Of a stretch of DNA of 64,000 nt, positions 9,934 to 19,836 are shown in pieces. The notes beneath the pieces are model-generated. The model saw only the letters and a program-made list of their open reading frames with translations. It did not search any database and was not told the DNA's origin. Location: NCBI GenBank assembly GCA_017557625.1, contig JAFYYG010000031.1:1547-65546 (forward strand), read 5' to 3'. Made by a program: the position numbers and the translations under genes. This DNA is from Muribaculaceae bacterium (lineage in GTDB: Bacteria > Bacteroidota > Bacteroidia > Bacteroidales > Muribaculaceae). The number at the start of each line of letters is the position of its first letter. Position 1 is the first letter of the stretch.

Positions 9934-11070
9934 CTATCTGTTGCGTAGCATCTCAAGGACTTGCTGCACAGGGAGGGCATCAACGTGGTAACCGTCGCGA
10001 CCTGTCATGCTCTCGGCCATGAAGAGCGAGTTCCACAACGCCTCGGCTGTCGCTTCGATGGTGGCGGCGAAGATGGGTGACATCTGACTGTTGGCAAGCA
10101 CCGTGGTGGTTAGGGTCTTGGCTTTGTCGTTGATAAGGTTCTCTGGGGCTACCGATAGGGCTATCACATAGTCGCCGCTGCCGTTGCTGGCGATGCCGCC
10201 AGTCTTTGCCATGCCCATCATGGCGCGTTTTGCCACGCGCTCGAGGTTGCGGCTGTCGAGTGGCGCGTCAGTAATCACCACCATCATGCATGAGCCGTCC
10301 ACGTTCTCGGTTTTGCGCACATGGTCGATGAAGTCATGCTTTTGCAGTTTTTGCCCCACCTGCACTCCGTCAATCTCAAGGATTCCGCCATAGTTAGTCT
10401 GCACCAGTACTCCGATGGTGTATCCTCCCAGCGACTCGGGCAGCACTCGTGACGAGGTGCCGATGCCGCCTTTGAAGCCAAAGCAGATAGTGCCCGTACC
10501 GGCTCCTACATTGCCTTGTTCTACTGGTCCGCCGTGAGCGTTATGTATGGCTTCTATCACCATTTCGGGGGTGATGTACATCTGTCGTATCTTGTTGAGG
10601 CGACCGTCGTTGGTCTCGCCCACCACGGCATTCACCGAGTTCTCGCGCTCACAGCCAGGTTGCATAAGGGTATAACGGATAGCACCCTCCATTCCCGCCG
10701 CCACGCTCAGCGTGTTGGTGAGGATGACAGGAGTCTCGATATTGCCCAACTCGCGCACCTGCGTCACGCCGGCGAGTTTGCCAAATCCGTTGCCCACATA
10801 AATCGCTGCCGGCACCTTGTTGCGGAAGATGTTACCCTGGTGCGGCAATATGGCTGTCACGCCTGTGCGAATGCTGTCGCCCTCGATGCAGGTCACATGC
10901 CCCACCGTCACTCCAGGCACATCGGTGATGGCATTATTTTTCCCGGTCTCAAAAATGCCCGTAGGGAATCCCCACTCCCGCAGCGTCTTATGTTCCTGCG
11001 CCATTAGCGGCATAGTGACAAGCACGCAACAAACAAACATCCACAAGCGTAAATTATTCTTTGTAGTCAT
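9934..11070 (-). CDS. DmpA/P1-family (peptidase S58) L-aminopeptidase/D-esterase
   Basis: NNAITDVPGVTVGH, RTGVTAILP, NGFGKLAG, VVGETNDG, GNVGAGTG, KGGIGTSSR, NGSGD autocleavage site. Confidence 0.92.
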   Translation of the reverse strand: MTTKNNLRLWMFVCCVLVTMPLMAQEHKTLREWGFPTGIFETGKNNAITDVPGVTVGHVTCIEGDSIRTGVTAILPHQGNIFRNKVPAAIYVGNGFGKLAGVTQVRELGNIETPVILTNTLSVAAGMEGAIRYTLMQPGCERENSVNAVVGETNDGRLNKIRQMYITPEMVIEAIHNAHGGPVEQGNVGAGTGTICFGFKGGIGTSSRVLPESLGGYTIGVLVQTNYGGILEIDGVQVGQKLQKHDFIDHVRKTENVDGSCMMVVITDAPLDSRNLERVAKRAMMGMAKTGGIASNGSGDYVIALSVAPENLINDKAKTLTTTVLANSQMSPIFAATIEATAEALWNSLFMAESMTGRDGYHVDALPVQQVLEMLRNR

Positions 11071-11105
11071 AATAAAATTACTATAAATTCAACAATTGTA
11101 AAATG

Positions 11106-12548
11106 TCATTGGAACAAATCATCCATAGTGATTACATTTTGGAAAAAGCCTGAATAGGCATTGCGTTTCAGTCCGTAAGTGGTGACAAGAGTATTGTGAA
11201 TAGATTTCCTACATTTGGTCTCATCAATGAATGTGACTACTTTGTTTCGCAGGTCGGCATCATATTTCTTGGTCACCTCAAAGTCTTTGATTGAAAATTT
11301 CATCTCACACAAGTTTATCACCCTATCTGCACGGTCTATAATTAAGTCTATCTGAACAGCAGGGTCCGACTCCTTGCTACGCCACGGAGCATGAGTTGTT
11401 CGCACCCCGGTAATACCTAAGGCACGCTTTATTGACTCAATATGAGTTAAGCACACACCTTCAAAAGAAAAACCTCTCCACGCTTGAATGGATGGCAGCA
11501 GTTGAGAGTCACTCCAGAAAGTGGGGCTTACCCCTTCTTTGCCATCTACAAATGCCATATAGAAAAGCACAAAACTATCTACAAGTCTGTAGTGAACATT
11601 ACGTTTGGATCCATTGTAATGATAATAAGGTTCGATAAAGCTGCTAGCTTCCAGCCCTTTGAGAATGGCTGTCAATGCTCCACCATAGGGCAAATGTGTT
11701 GCTACAGAGATTTCTTTTCTTGTGAAACCCTCGCGTTTGGTGCTCAAGAATCTCAATACTGTGGCATAAGATTCAGGGGTGCTGTATAATGAGTTTATCA
11801 ACCTGTCGAACTCCAACCTCAATCGACCATTTTTTGCAAAGAATAGAGCATCAATATTTTGTGCGAGACTTAATCCAGGATTTATGAAAGACAAATAATA
11901 AGGGATGCCTCCCATTATCATATAGCATTGCACTTGGTCGTAACGGCTCATCACAACATTTTGACTCTCAAAATATTGTTCGCACTCTTTCAAAGAAAAT
12001 GGTGCCAATAGAATTTCTGCAGTTATGCGGCCATAAAGACCTCCATAGTTGTTGAGTAATCTGTCATTAATCCAGGTTGTCGCCGATCCACACACTACAA
12101 GCATCAGGTAATCTTGCGCCGAAGCCCAATTATTCCAGAAGTGCTCAAAAGCGGTGACAAAACCACTGCCTTTAATGTCCATCCAGGGCAGTTCATCGAT
12201 GAACACCAACAATCTACCCTCAGTCTGTTCATGTTTTTGTGAAATCAACTTTTGCAGATATTGGAAAGCCTCAAACCAATCACGTGGTGCCTGTTCCATA
12301 TTGGTTCCCTGATTTTGGAGAGAGACATAAAATGCCCGAAGCTGATAATCGATTAATTTGTCTTCTTCAAATTCTGATGGCGACAATGCGGTATGCAAGA
12401 AGGATATTCTATCTTCAAACAAATATCTGACAAGAAACGTTTTGCCTATTCGCCTGCGGCCATAAACCACAACAAACTCCGATTTTTTAGAGTTATACAA
12501 TCTCTCTAATTCGGCAATCTCTTTTTTTCTACCTATAATATTTGCCAT
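11106..12548 (-). CDS. AAA/STAND-like ATPase (archaeal-ATPase type) with C-terminal PD-(D/E)XK-like domain
   Basis: IGRKKE, Walker A GRRRIGKT, Walker B FIDELPW, CGS, GGIPYY, C-terminal QIDLIIDR...LCEMKF; AT-rich; alternative GTG start at 12572. Confidence 0.9.
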   Translation of the reverse strand: MANIIGRKKEIAELERLYNSKKSEFVVVYGRRRIGKTFLVRYLFEDRISFLHTALSPSEFEEDKLIDYQLRAFYVSLQNQGTNMEQAPRDWFEAFQYLQKLISQKHEQTEGRLLVFIDELPWMDIKGSGFVTAFEHFWNNWASAQDYLMLVVCGSATTWINDRLLNNYGGLYGRITAEILLAPFSLKECEQYFESQNVVMSRYDQVQCYMIMGGIPYYLSFINPGLSLAQNIDALFFAKNGRLRLEFDRLINSLYSTPESYATVLRFLSTKREGFTRKEISVATHLPYGGALTAILKGLEASSFIEPYYHYNGSKRNVHYRLVDSFVLFYMAFVDGKEGVSPTFWSDSQLLPSIQAWRGFSFEGVCLTHIESIKRALGITGVRTTHAPWRSKESDPAVQIDLIIDRADRVINLCEMKFSIKDFEVTKKYDADLRNKVVTFIDETKCRKSIHNTLVTTYGLKRNAYSGFFQNVITMDDLFQ

Positions 12549-12591
12549 TTTTGCGATTTTTTTATTTGCCACAAATTTAGCAAATTATCTT

Positions 12592-12710
12592 TTCGTGGCA
12601 AAATTTTTGGCGATTTTTTTGCCACGAAACGGTGTTTTTGGCTGTTCGTGGCAGAATTTTGGGTGTTTTTTTCTGCCACGAAATGGCATTTTGGGTCGTT
12701 CGTGGCAAAA
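12592..12710. repeat. Array of five alternating-orientation 12-bp boxes TTCGTGGCA(A/G)AA upstream of the ATPase
   Basis: Boxes at 12592(+), 12617(-), 12645(+), 12671(-), 12699(+); period about 53-54 bp. Confidence 0.85.
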
Positions 12711-12722
12711 TAAGAGAGAAAA

Positions 12723-12760
12723 ATCCCCGATCCTCAATCCCCGATCCCCGATCCCCGATC
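12723..12760. repeat. Heptamer tandem repeat ATCCCCG
   Basis: atccccg atcctca atccccg atccccg atccccg. Confidence 0.8.
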
Positions 12761-13610
12761 ACTTCATCGACTCCTCGTCATCGACGAGGATGATGTTGTC
12801 GTTGTCGGCGTTGTAGGTGAAGTAACAGTTGAAGGCCTTGCTGTATATTGAGAAAGTCTTCATGCCATAGAGGTCATGACCATAGAGGAGAAAGGTGGCG
12901 ATGTCGGTGGGGGAGATGTAGGGGTTGTCGTCGAGGTGGGAGTGAGTGCATTTGCGGATGTTGCCATCTTTACCACTAAAGTCGATGGGGATGAAGGATT
13001 TGTGGTACTTGCGGCGTGCAAGGAGGTTGCCGTCGGCATCGAAGTCGAAGCTGTAGTCGTTGCCGAAGGGGATGAGTTTCGATTTGTCAGTGCCTTGAAG
13101 CAGATACACCCTGATGAGGTTGGGGCTGATTTCCACCACGTCGGCGTTGAGGTTTCCCGCTTCCGCCACATTATAGATGCCATCGAGGTCACTCACTTTC
13201 TCGAGCAGCGTCAGTTGCCGTTCGGCTCGTGCTATCTCCTTAGGTGTGAGTCCTCGCACGAGGTCAAACGGCTCAATTTCGCCGCTATTGAGGTTTAGGC
13301 GGCACTCAAAGACGCATTTCATCTGGTCCACGTCAATCATGATGCCGCTCATGAGGGTGTCGTTGAGCTGTCCCACCACCGAGAGCGATGCGGTCCTCGA
13401 AGAGCACATCTGCTTGTAGGCGTCGCTCATCACCCAGTTGAGCTTGTCGTAGAGGTAGAGGGTGTTGCCCTCGTCAATGACACTGTCGTTCACCGCGTCG
13501 ATGACGTGCATGGCGGGCCGCTGGGCAAGCGACAAACAAGAAAAGACAACTGTGATGACAGTTGTCACAACATATCGCAAGGTGGGATTTGGGAAAGACA
13601 TAATGCACAA
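12759..13610 (-). CDS. Hypothetical exported protein
   Basis: 283-aa ORF with hydrophobic N-terminus and HSHLDDNPYISPTD motif; start uncertain. Confidence 0.7.
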   Translation of the reverse strand: MCIMSFPNPTLRYVVTTVITVVFSCLSLAQRPAMHVIDAVNDSVIDEGNTLYLYDKLNWVMSDAYKQMCSSRTASLSVVGQLNDTLMSGIMIDVDQMKCVFECRLNLNSGEIEPFDLVRGLTPKEIARAERQLTLLEKVSDLDGIYNVAEAGNLNADVVEISPNLIRVYLLQGTDKSKLIPFGNDYSFDFDADGNLLARRKYHKSFIPIDFSGKDGNIRKCTHSHLDDNPYISPTDIATFLLYGHDLYGMKTFSIYSKAFNCYFTYNADNDNIILVDDEESMK

Positions 13611-13706
13611 AAGCTGACAAGGAACAAGGCAATTGTAACGAAGTTGACAAACATAGTGCTCATTTGCCTTGTCTGCTTGTCAACTTGTCAGCTTGTTTGC
13701 TTGTAT

Positions 13707-14174
13707 TTAGAACTCAGTGAACGCCAGTGGCAGAAGGTCTTTGATACTTGCCACTTTGTAGATTTTCTCTTTTCCCACGAGGATGACCTCGATGGGTTGG
13801 TTGGCCTGCGTCTCAAACTCCAGCAGGGCCTGGCGGCACACACCGCAGGGCGCAGTGGGATGTTCTGCGAAATCACCTTTAGTGAACGCTGCAATAGCCA
13901 CTTTCTTGATGGGTACACCAGGATAGTTGGCTCCAGCATTGTAGCAAGCGCTGCGCTCACCGCAAGTGCCTGCAAAAGCGGCGTTTTCCTGGTTGGCACC
14001 CTTAATAGTCACGCCATTATTTAGCAGCAGTGCGGCTCCCACATGGAAGTTGCTATAAGGTGCGTAGCTTGCCTTTGTGGCCTCTTTAGCAAGATTAACT
14101 AAATTTTTATCCTCCTCGCTAAGCTCATTATAAGAGTAAATTTGTATCTTTGTGACAAAATTCTTTTCGGTCAT
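13707..14174 (-). CDS. cdd: Cytidine deaminase
   Basis: SYAPYSNFHVGAA, GANQENAA, CGER, PCGVCRQ. Confidence 0.95.
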   Translation of the reverse strand: MTEKNFVTKIQIYSYNELSEEDKNLVNLAKEATKASYAPYSNFHVGAALLLNNGVTIKGANQENAAFAGTCGERSACYNAGANYPGVPIKKVAIAAFTKGDFAEHPTAPCGVCRQALLEFETQANQPIEVILVGKEKIYKVASIKDLLPLAFTEF

Positions 14175-15138
14175 GATGTTTCAGATTTATATTAGGAATC
14201 GCAAAATTATTGATAATTTTTTAAATATCAACAAAAAAATAGGATTTTGCCTCATTTTTTTCCTATTTTTTTGCCAAAACGGGCATTCTGTGACTCGAGA
14301 TGAGGTGTATCGCTACATCGACACCTACAAAAACGCCGCCCTCATCGAGCAGCGTGAGCATGGCATTCCGGCTAGCATCACACTGGCACAGGGACTGCTC
14401 GAGAGCGCTGCCGGCACCAGCAAGCTCGCCCGTGAGGGCAACAACCACTTCGGCATCAAGTGCCACCGTTCGTGGAAAGGCGACAGCGTGTTCTCGGGAA
14501 AGACATGCTACCGCAAGTACCGCTCGGTGCATGACTCGTTTACCGACCATTCCAAGTTTCTGAAAGCCAAGCGTTATGAGTCGCTGTTTGCCCTTGAGAT
14601 TACCGACTATCGCGGCTGGGCGCATGGCCTGAAGCGTTGCGGCTACGCCACCGACCCGCTCTATGCCGAGAAGCTCATAAACATGATAGAGACCTACGGA
14701 CTTGACAAATATGTGGGAGAGACTCCCATTAAGGAAGAAGAGAAACCCAGCCATCCCAAGAAGCGTGACCACCCGCTACTGCGTCATCCCACCAAGCGTC
14801 GCCACGACCTCAACTATATCATGGCGGTGCTGGGCGACACCTATCAGGACATCGCCGACGAGTATAACATGAAACTTGACAAACTTCTTGACTACAACGA
14901 CTTGCCCAAAGGAAGCAAGCAACCCGAGGTGGGCGACATCATCTATGTGAACCGCAAGCACAGCGAGGCGCAAGGTGTTCACGAGCAGTATCGTGTGAAA
15001 GACGATGGTGAAACGCTGTGGCTCGTCTCACAGATGTTTGGAATCAGACTTAAGGATTTGGCAAAAATCAACAACCTTCCCACCGATGCCGTGCTAAATA
15101 AGGGTGAATTGATAATGCTCAAGAAGGGAGATTATTGA
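14173..15138 (+). CDS. Glucosaminidase (GH73) peptidoglycan hydrolase with two LysM-like domains
   Basis: IPASITLAQGLLES, NNHFGIKC, GYATDPLYAEKL; GDTYQDIADEY and GETLWLVSQMFG repeats; start uncertain. Confidence 0.9.
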   Translation: MMFQIYIRNRKIIDNFLNINKKIGFCLIFFLFFCQNGHSVTRDEVYRYIDTYKNAALIEQREHGIPASITLAQGLLESAAGTSKLAREGNNHFGIKCHRSWKGDSVFSGKTCYRKYRSVHDSFTDHSKFLKAKRYESLFALEITDYRGWAHGLKRCGYATDPLYAEKLINMIETYGLDKYVGETPIKEEEKPSHPKKRDHPLLRHPTKRRHDLNYIMAVLGDTYQDIADEYNMKLDKLLDYNDLPKGSKQPEVGDIIYVNRKHSEAQGVHEQYRVKDDGETLWLVSQMFGIRLKDLAKINNLPTDAVLNKGELIMLKKGDY

Positions 15139-15383
15139 ACCTAAATCGGTCTTAGGTTATGTACTTTTGTCTAAAAAACAGTTTGCAATATGCTGCTTCT
15201 GCTTCCCATATCCTAAAAAAGTGTCCTCAAAAGAACCGTCTATTTTAGGACTCTTTTGAGGACATGCAGATTCTGCAAGTATGCCGACTTCTGCTAGAGA
15301 TGATATACCTAAATTTCTATAAAAGACAATTACTTAAGATGTCCCATTAAGTTAGACACATTAAAGAAAAGGATTATTGTCCT

Positions 15384-16172
15384 CTAATAATTACGATGCG
15401 TGACTTCAAATGTGCGACCGTCATATATGCCATTTCGAAATTCGTTTCCTTCTACAATATTAGGATTGTCGACAGAGGTAATAATTTTGATTTTTTTGAA
15501 CTGCTTACAATACAAGTTTTTAATTTTCTTGTTCATCCTCAAGTCAAGCTCTTTTATTTTATTGTTATTGCAGTATAGTTCTTCAAGATCAGGATTACAT
15601 GAAACGTCAAGACTTTTCATTTTGCAATCATTAACTCCTAACTCAGTTAACTTGGGATTATACGCCAAGTTAAGATAATCAATATTATTGGAGTTGCATA
15701 TAAGAATACTTAAATTGGGATTATTTGTCACGTCAATACTCGTTAATTGGTTATTGGAACATCCAAGTGCTTCCAAAGAAGTATTTTTTGACACATCAAT
15801 ATTCTTTATCTGATTATGTCCACAATCAAACGATATGAGATTGGAGTTTTTAGAAAAGTCAATTTCTGTTAGCAAATTGTTTCTGCAATCAAGATGTTCA
15901 AGTCTTTTGAAATACTCTATACCTTTCAGGCTCTTGATACCTTGATTATTCAAATCCAGTTGTTTTAATTTTAGTATTTCCTTAGGAATAGCATCTCCTT
16001 CGGCAATTGGAAATAATCGGCATAGAGCCACACGGAAAGCTTCGTCAGGAAAGAAAGAAGCATCAAGAAACACTTGATTTTTTTCATTAATAGACTCACT
16101 TTCTTCATTTGTCTTGTTATCACAAGACACCATTAGGCAACAACAGAGTGCTAAAAATAATAATTTCTTCAT
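15384..16172 (-). CDS. Leucine-rich-repeat lipoprotein (AT-rich)
   Basis: Lipobox MVSC; FPDEAFR cap; repeats of LxxLxCxxNxLxxIDxSxNxx. Confidence 0.88.
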   Translation of the reverse strand: MKKLLFLALCCCLMVSCDNKTNEESESINEKNQVFLDASFFPDEAFRVALCRLFPIAEGDAIPKEILKLKQLDLNNQGIKSLKGIEYFKRLEHLDCRNNLLTEIDFSKNSNLISFDCGHNQIKNIDVSKNTSLEALGCSNNQLTSIDVTNNPNLSILICNSNNIDYLNLAYNPKLTELGVNDCKMKSLDVSCNPDLEELYCNNNKIKELDLRMNKKIKNLYCKQFKKIKIITSVDNPNIVEGNEFRNGIYDGRTFEVTHRNY

Positions 16173-16239
16173 ATATTTCTGATTACAATGAGGTTATAAT
16201 AGATATTAGAAACAATCTACAATACTTGTTTTTTGTTCT

Positions 16240-17172
16240 TTAAGGATATTGATTATCAACAATTACTGGTTCTACTGTGTAACCTTTCTCTTCAAGCATG
16301 TTAAGGAGACCGTCTTCTCCGAAAAAGTGACCTACGCCAACAACTATCAGTGCCCGCTGGTTTGGTAGTATCTGAGTGATTTTTTCCATCCAATTGCGAT
16401 TTCGCTTATAAAATAAGAGTTCTGCTTCTGGATTGTCTTCATCATAACCATATTTGGAGTTGAAAAAAATATTTCTTATAATATTAAAATTTTGAGACTG
16501 ATAAGCAGCAACGACTGCCATATAATAAAACGCAAAATCATTAAAGTCACGACAAATCTTAGCTAATTCTTCTGCCTGCTCAATGATTGGAACTTCATAC
16601 ATTGCTTTAATAACATCGAGTTGGTCATCAACAGTTTCAAGACTTTTGGACTCTATACCGCGATTTCTGCCAATTTCTTGAATGCCCATATCAAGAGTGT
16701 AAAATAAATCTTTATTAGTAATATATTCTTTCTGAAGGGCCATAGTGATTGTTTCAGTGATTGCTTTTGGCTTTAAAAACTTTTTTTGTTCAAGAGTTGT
16801 ATTGCAATTGATACTAAGCATAAGGTCCGCTTTCATGCAATCCTCGTAAGTAAGTAACTTGTAGGCAAATAGCTTATCAATAGTGCTGTCGGCAGGCGCA
16901 TGTTGAAAGCTCATATCCTGTGAAGGAAGGGTGTTAAAATCCTCAATGTTAACTTCTCCATAAATCACATCAACATTTTGTATGGCATCTATTAATCCTG
17001 GTACTTTAGGAATGAATTCAAAAGTCTCATAATGATAAGTACCAAACAGGTAAGATGAATCTTTACATCCATTACCGCTGATGCGCCACAACAATTGGGC
17101 GTCAACACTTACTGTGCTAAATAGCAGAACAGCAAATAATAAAATCTTTTTCATTTGAAATAGTGGGTTCAT
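16240..17172 (-). CDS. TraB/GumN-family protein (AT-rich)
   Basis: LLWRISGNG..SYLFGTYH, LETVDDQL, RNRNWM, VGVGHF; start may be 17154. Confidence 0.88.
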   Translation of the reverse strand: MNPLFQMKKILLFAVLLFSTVSVDAQLLWRISGNGCKDSSYLFGTYHYETFEFIPKVPGLIDAIQNVDVIYGEVNIEDFNTLPSQDMSFQHAPADSTIDKLFAYKLLTYEDCMKADLMLSINCNTTLEQKKFLKPKAITETITMALQKEYITNKDLFYTLDMGIQEIGRNRGIESKSLETVDDQLDVIKAMYEVPIIEQAEELAKICRDFNDFAFYYMAVVAAYQSQNFNIIRNIFFNSKYGYDEDNPEAELLFYKRNRNWMEKITQILPNQRALIVVGVGHFFGEDGLLNMLEEKGYTVEPVIVDNQYP

Positions 17173-17443
17173 AAGTTTTATATTTTAATGAGTTAGCAAA
17201 TTAACAAAAAGGATGTATTAGGCATGTTTAGCCCATGATATAAAAATAATAGAATGTAAATTATTTGCAAATTTCGTCAAAATTCTTGAGGTATGCAAGC
17301 GTTTCACCACCATATTTTCGTCAAACTCACGTTATATTTCAAGAAAACATTTCGCAAAAGAATTTTCATCAATAATAATTGCAATGTCAAACTATTATTG
17401 TATTTTTGCCAAAACATTTGTTAATCAATAAAATTACGACATT

Positions 17444-18073
17444 ATGAAGAAAATAACTATCGCACTTTTGTGCATGATTATGGCTACTGGCTCGGCTTTG
17501 GCGCAGAAGCAGTTTACTTTCGGTCCGAAGGTTGGTGTTGACTACACCCACTTCTGGGGCAAAAAAGCTTGTCATGGTGGTAGATTGAACTATCAGGCTG
17601 GTTTGTTCCTGGAATATAGGTTTACTGACAAGATATCTATAGCCCCCGAAGTTGTTTTCGCTGCTCAAGGTGGCAAGTATGACTATAAAAATTTTATTTA
17701 TGAGATGATTATTACAACTGATGTAGAATTGACAGATATGTTAAATTACATCAACATTCCAGTAATGTTCAAGTACTATTTCACTCCTAAGTTCAGCATT
17801 GATTTTGGTCCTCAACTGGGTATCAATATTTACAGCAAGTACTCAGTGGAACCCAAAGACAAGGCCATTGGCCCTAAGATGACTCATGATCAAAAGGACG
17901 GCACAAAAACTCTTGATGTTGGCGTAGGTCTTGGACTGACTTACAACATAACAAATGATGTTTTTGTTCAGGGGCGATATACTATGGGTGTGACAGATGT
18001 CTTTGACAAAAACTGGGATTCAGATGAAGAAAAGAACGCCAATGCCCAAATCGCCATCGGTTACCGCTTCTAA
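17444..18073 (+). CDS. Porin-family / OMP beta-barrel protein
   Basis: Signal peptide; FGPKVG, APEVVFAAQG, LNYINIPVM, GPQLG; C-terminal IGYRF. Confidence 0.88.
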   Translation: MKKITIALLCMIMATGSALAQKQFTFGPKVGVDYTHFWGKKACHGGRLNYQAGLFLEYRFTDKISIAPEVVFAAQGGKYDYKNFIYEMIITTDVELTDMLNYINIPVMFKYYFTPKFSIDFGPQLGINIYSKYSVEPKDKAIGPKMTHDQKDGTKTLDVGVGLGLTYNITNDVFVQGRYTMGVTDVFDKNWDSDEEKNANAQIAIGYRF

Positions 18074-18291
18074 ACGAATTACACATAAAAAAGCTAAGTG
18101 CTCGGGCTGATGTCTGGGCACTTGTTGTAATGTGTTGATCAAAGGCTAGATTCTCCCCCCTCTCCACTCTCTATATCAGCGAGCTGAGCGTGGTAGAGTA
18201 ACGATTGCGCAAAAAGGTGGAAAAAATCTGGATAACCGACAACTGATAACTGACAACTTTTTCCTACCTTTGCACGATTTTTTAGAGTGAA

Positions 18292-19752
18292 ATGGAGAAA
18301 AACTATCTGAGCGGAGTGGTATGGATAGTGCTTGCCTCATTGCTGGCACTGCTGTGCATGTTCTGGTTGCCTGGTATTTGCGTTGGCGACTGGAAGATGC
18401 GCAAGGTTGATATGCTCTCTGACCTGAGGAGCGATTCTGCACTATGGAGACTTGCTGCCAACGACCCTCTTGTGGCACAGGTGGTGAACTCCGACTACCA
18501 TCTCGCCGAAATTGTTGACAACATCAATTCCAAGACACAAGTCCTTGAAGGGTCACGCCTCACCCGCGACAGTAAGGGTAATGTGATGACTCTGGAAGAC
18601 TCCATCATTTTGGCTCATGCCCAAAAAACTGTGACACGCGAGGGTGTCACCAGTATCATCGACATGAGCAATGGTGGCAGTGGGGGAATGAAAGCATTTT
18701 ATCATGCTCTCGATCAGGCAGGAAGTAGGCCTGTGCGCATTGCTGTTCTTGGCGACTCGTTTATAGAGGGTGACATTCTCACCTCCATGCTGCGCGAGCT
18801 GCTACAGCAACGATTTGGTGGCAGTGGTGCCGGATATATGCCCATGACATCGATTACTGCTGGATTCCGCAACACCGTGAATCAGACTTTTGAAGGCTGG
18901 AATCAGCACAAGGCTGTGGATAGAAGTGGATTTTCCGATACCTACAATAACCTCAGCGGCAACTATTTCACCGCCAGTCAAGGAGCTTGGGTCAATATGA
19001 TTGGCAAAGGCAATAACTATTCTCGCTGCGCCTCGTGCACCAGCTCCTCGTTCTACTTCTTTGGCAACACAGGCAACGGATATGTCACCGCCGTGGTCAA
19101 CGGCACCGACACCACCCATTTTTCTCTGAATACCAACACTCTGGTAGGTCACGCCACGGTTACTGGTGATATCCGGTCGGTGCGCTGGAGTGTTACCAAT
19201 CCCGAGAACATGGTGTTTTTAGGAGCATCGATGGACAGCGAGACGGGTGTCATTGTAGATAACTACGCTATGCGCTCGGCACGTGGTAACCATATAAGCA
19301 GGATTTCTCCACAGGTTATGTCGGCATTTAACAATGTTCGCCACTACGACCTCGTCATCCTCATGTATGGCCTCAACGTGGCTGAGTCCAACAAGAGTGC
19401 TTACACCGCCTATTGCAACACTATCATTGCTGCCGTCAACAATATCAAGGCCAACATGCCAGGCACTAGTGTGCTGATTGTGGGATGCAGCGACCGTGAA
19501 GAACGTTTCTCGGGGGGATGGCGAACTATGAGGGGCGTGCTCGGACTCATTCAGGCTCAAGAGCGTGCCGCCATCGACGCTAAAGTGGCGTTTTGGGACC
19601 TCTATTTGGCAATGGGCGGTGAGGGCAGCATTGTGAAAATGGTGAAGCATGGTGAGGCCAACAGTGACTATACGCACATCAACTCAAAGGGTGGCAACCG
19701 TATAGCCCGCTATCTCTACGATGCGCTGATGTTGGGATATGAGAACAGGTAA
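18292..19752 (+). CDS. SGNH/GDSL-family protein (PatB-like O-acetyltransferase candidate)
   Basis: N-terminal TM; RIAVLGDSFIEGD, DNYAMRSARG, YGLN, DYTH; directly upstream of an MBOAT gene. Confidence 0.82.
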   Translation: MEKNYLSGVVWIVLASLLALLCMFWLPGICVGDWKMRKVDMLSDLRSDSALWRLAANDPLVAQVVNSDYHLAEIVDNINSKTQVLEGSRLTRDSKGNVMTLEDSIILAHAQKTVTREGVTSIIDMSNGGSGGMKAFYHALDQAGSRPVRIAVLGDSFIEGDILTSMLRELLQQRFGGSGAGYMPMTSITAGFRNTVNQTFEGWNQHKAVDRSGFSDTYNNLSGNYFTASQGAWVNMIGKGNNYSRCASCTSSSFYFFGNTGNGYVTAVVNGTDTTHFSLNTNTLVGHATVTGDIRSVRWSVTNPENMVFLGASMDSETGVIVDNYAMRSARGNHISRISPQVMSAFNNVRHYDLVILMYGLNVAESNKSAYTAYCNTIIAAVNNIKANMPGTSVLIVGCSDREERFSGGWRTMRGVLGLIQAQERAAIDAKVAFWDLYLAMGGEGSIVKMVKHGEANSDYTHINSKGGNRIARYLYDALMLGYENR

Positions 19753-19836
19753 GGGCGCTTTGCGCCGTGAATTGTGAATGGAGGAACGAGGAACGGTCAC
19801 CTTCCACTTTCCACCTTCCACTTAACTAACATAGAA

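Noticed and set aside
12592-12710. Repeat array as a mini-CRISPR
   Set aside because: 12-bp boxes alternate in orientation and the gaps are only 13-16 bp
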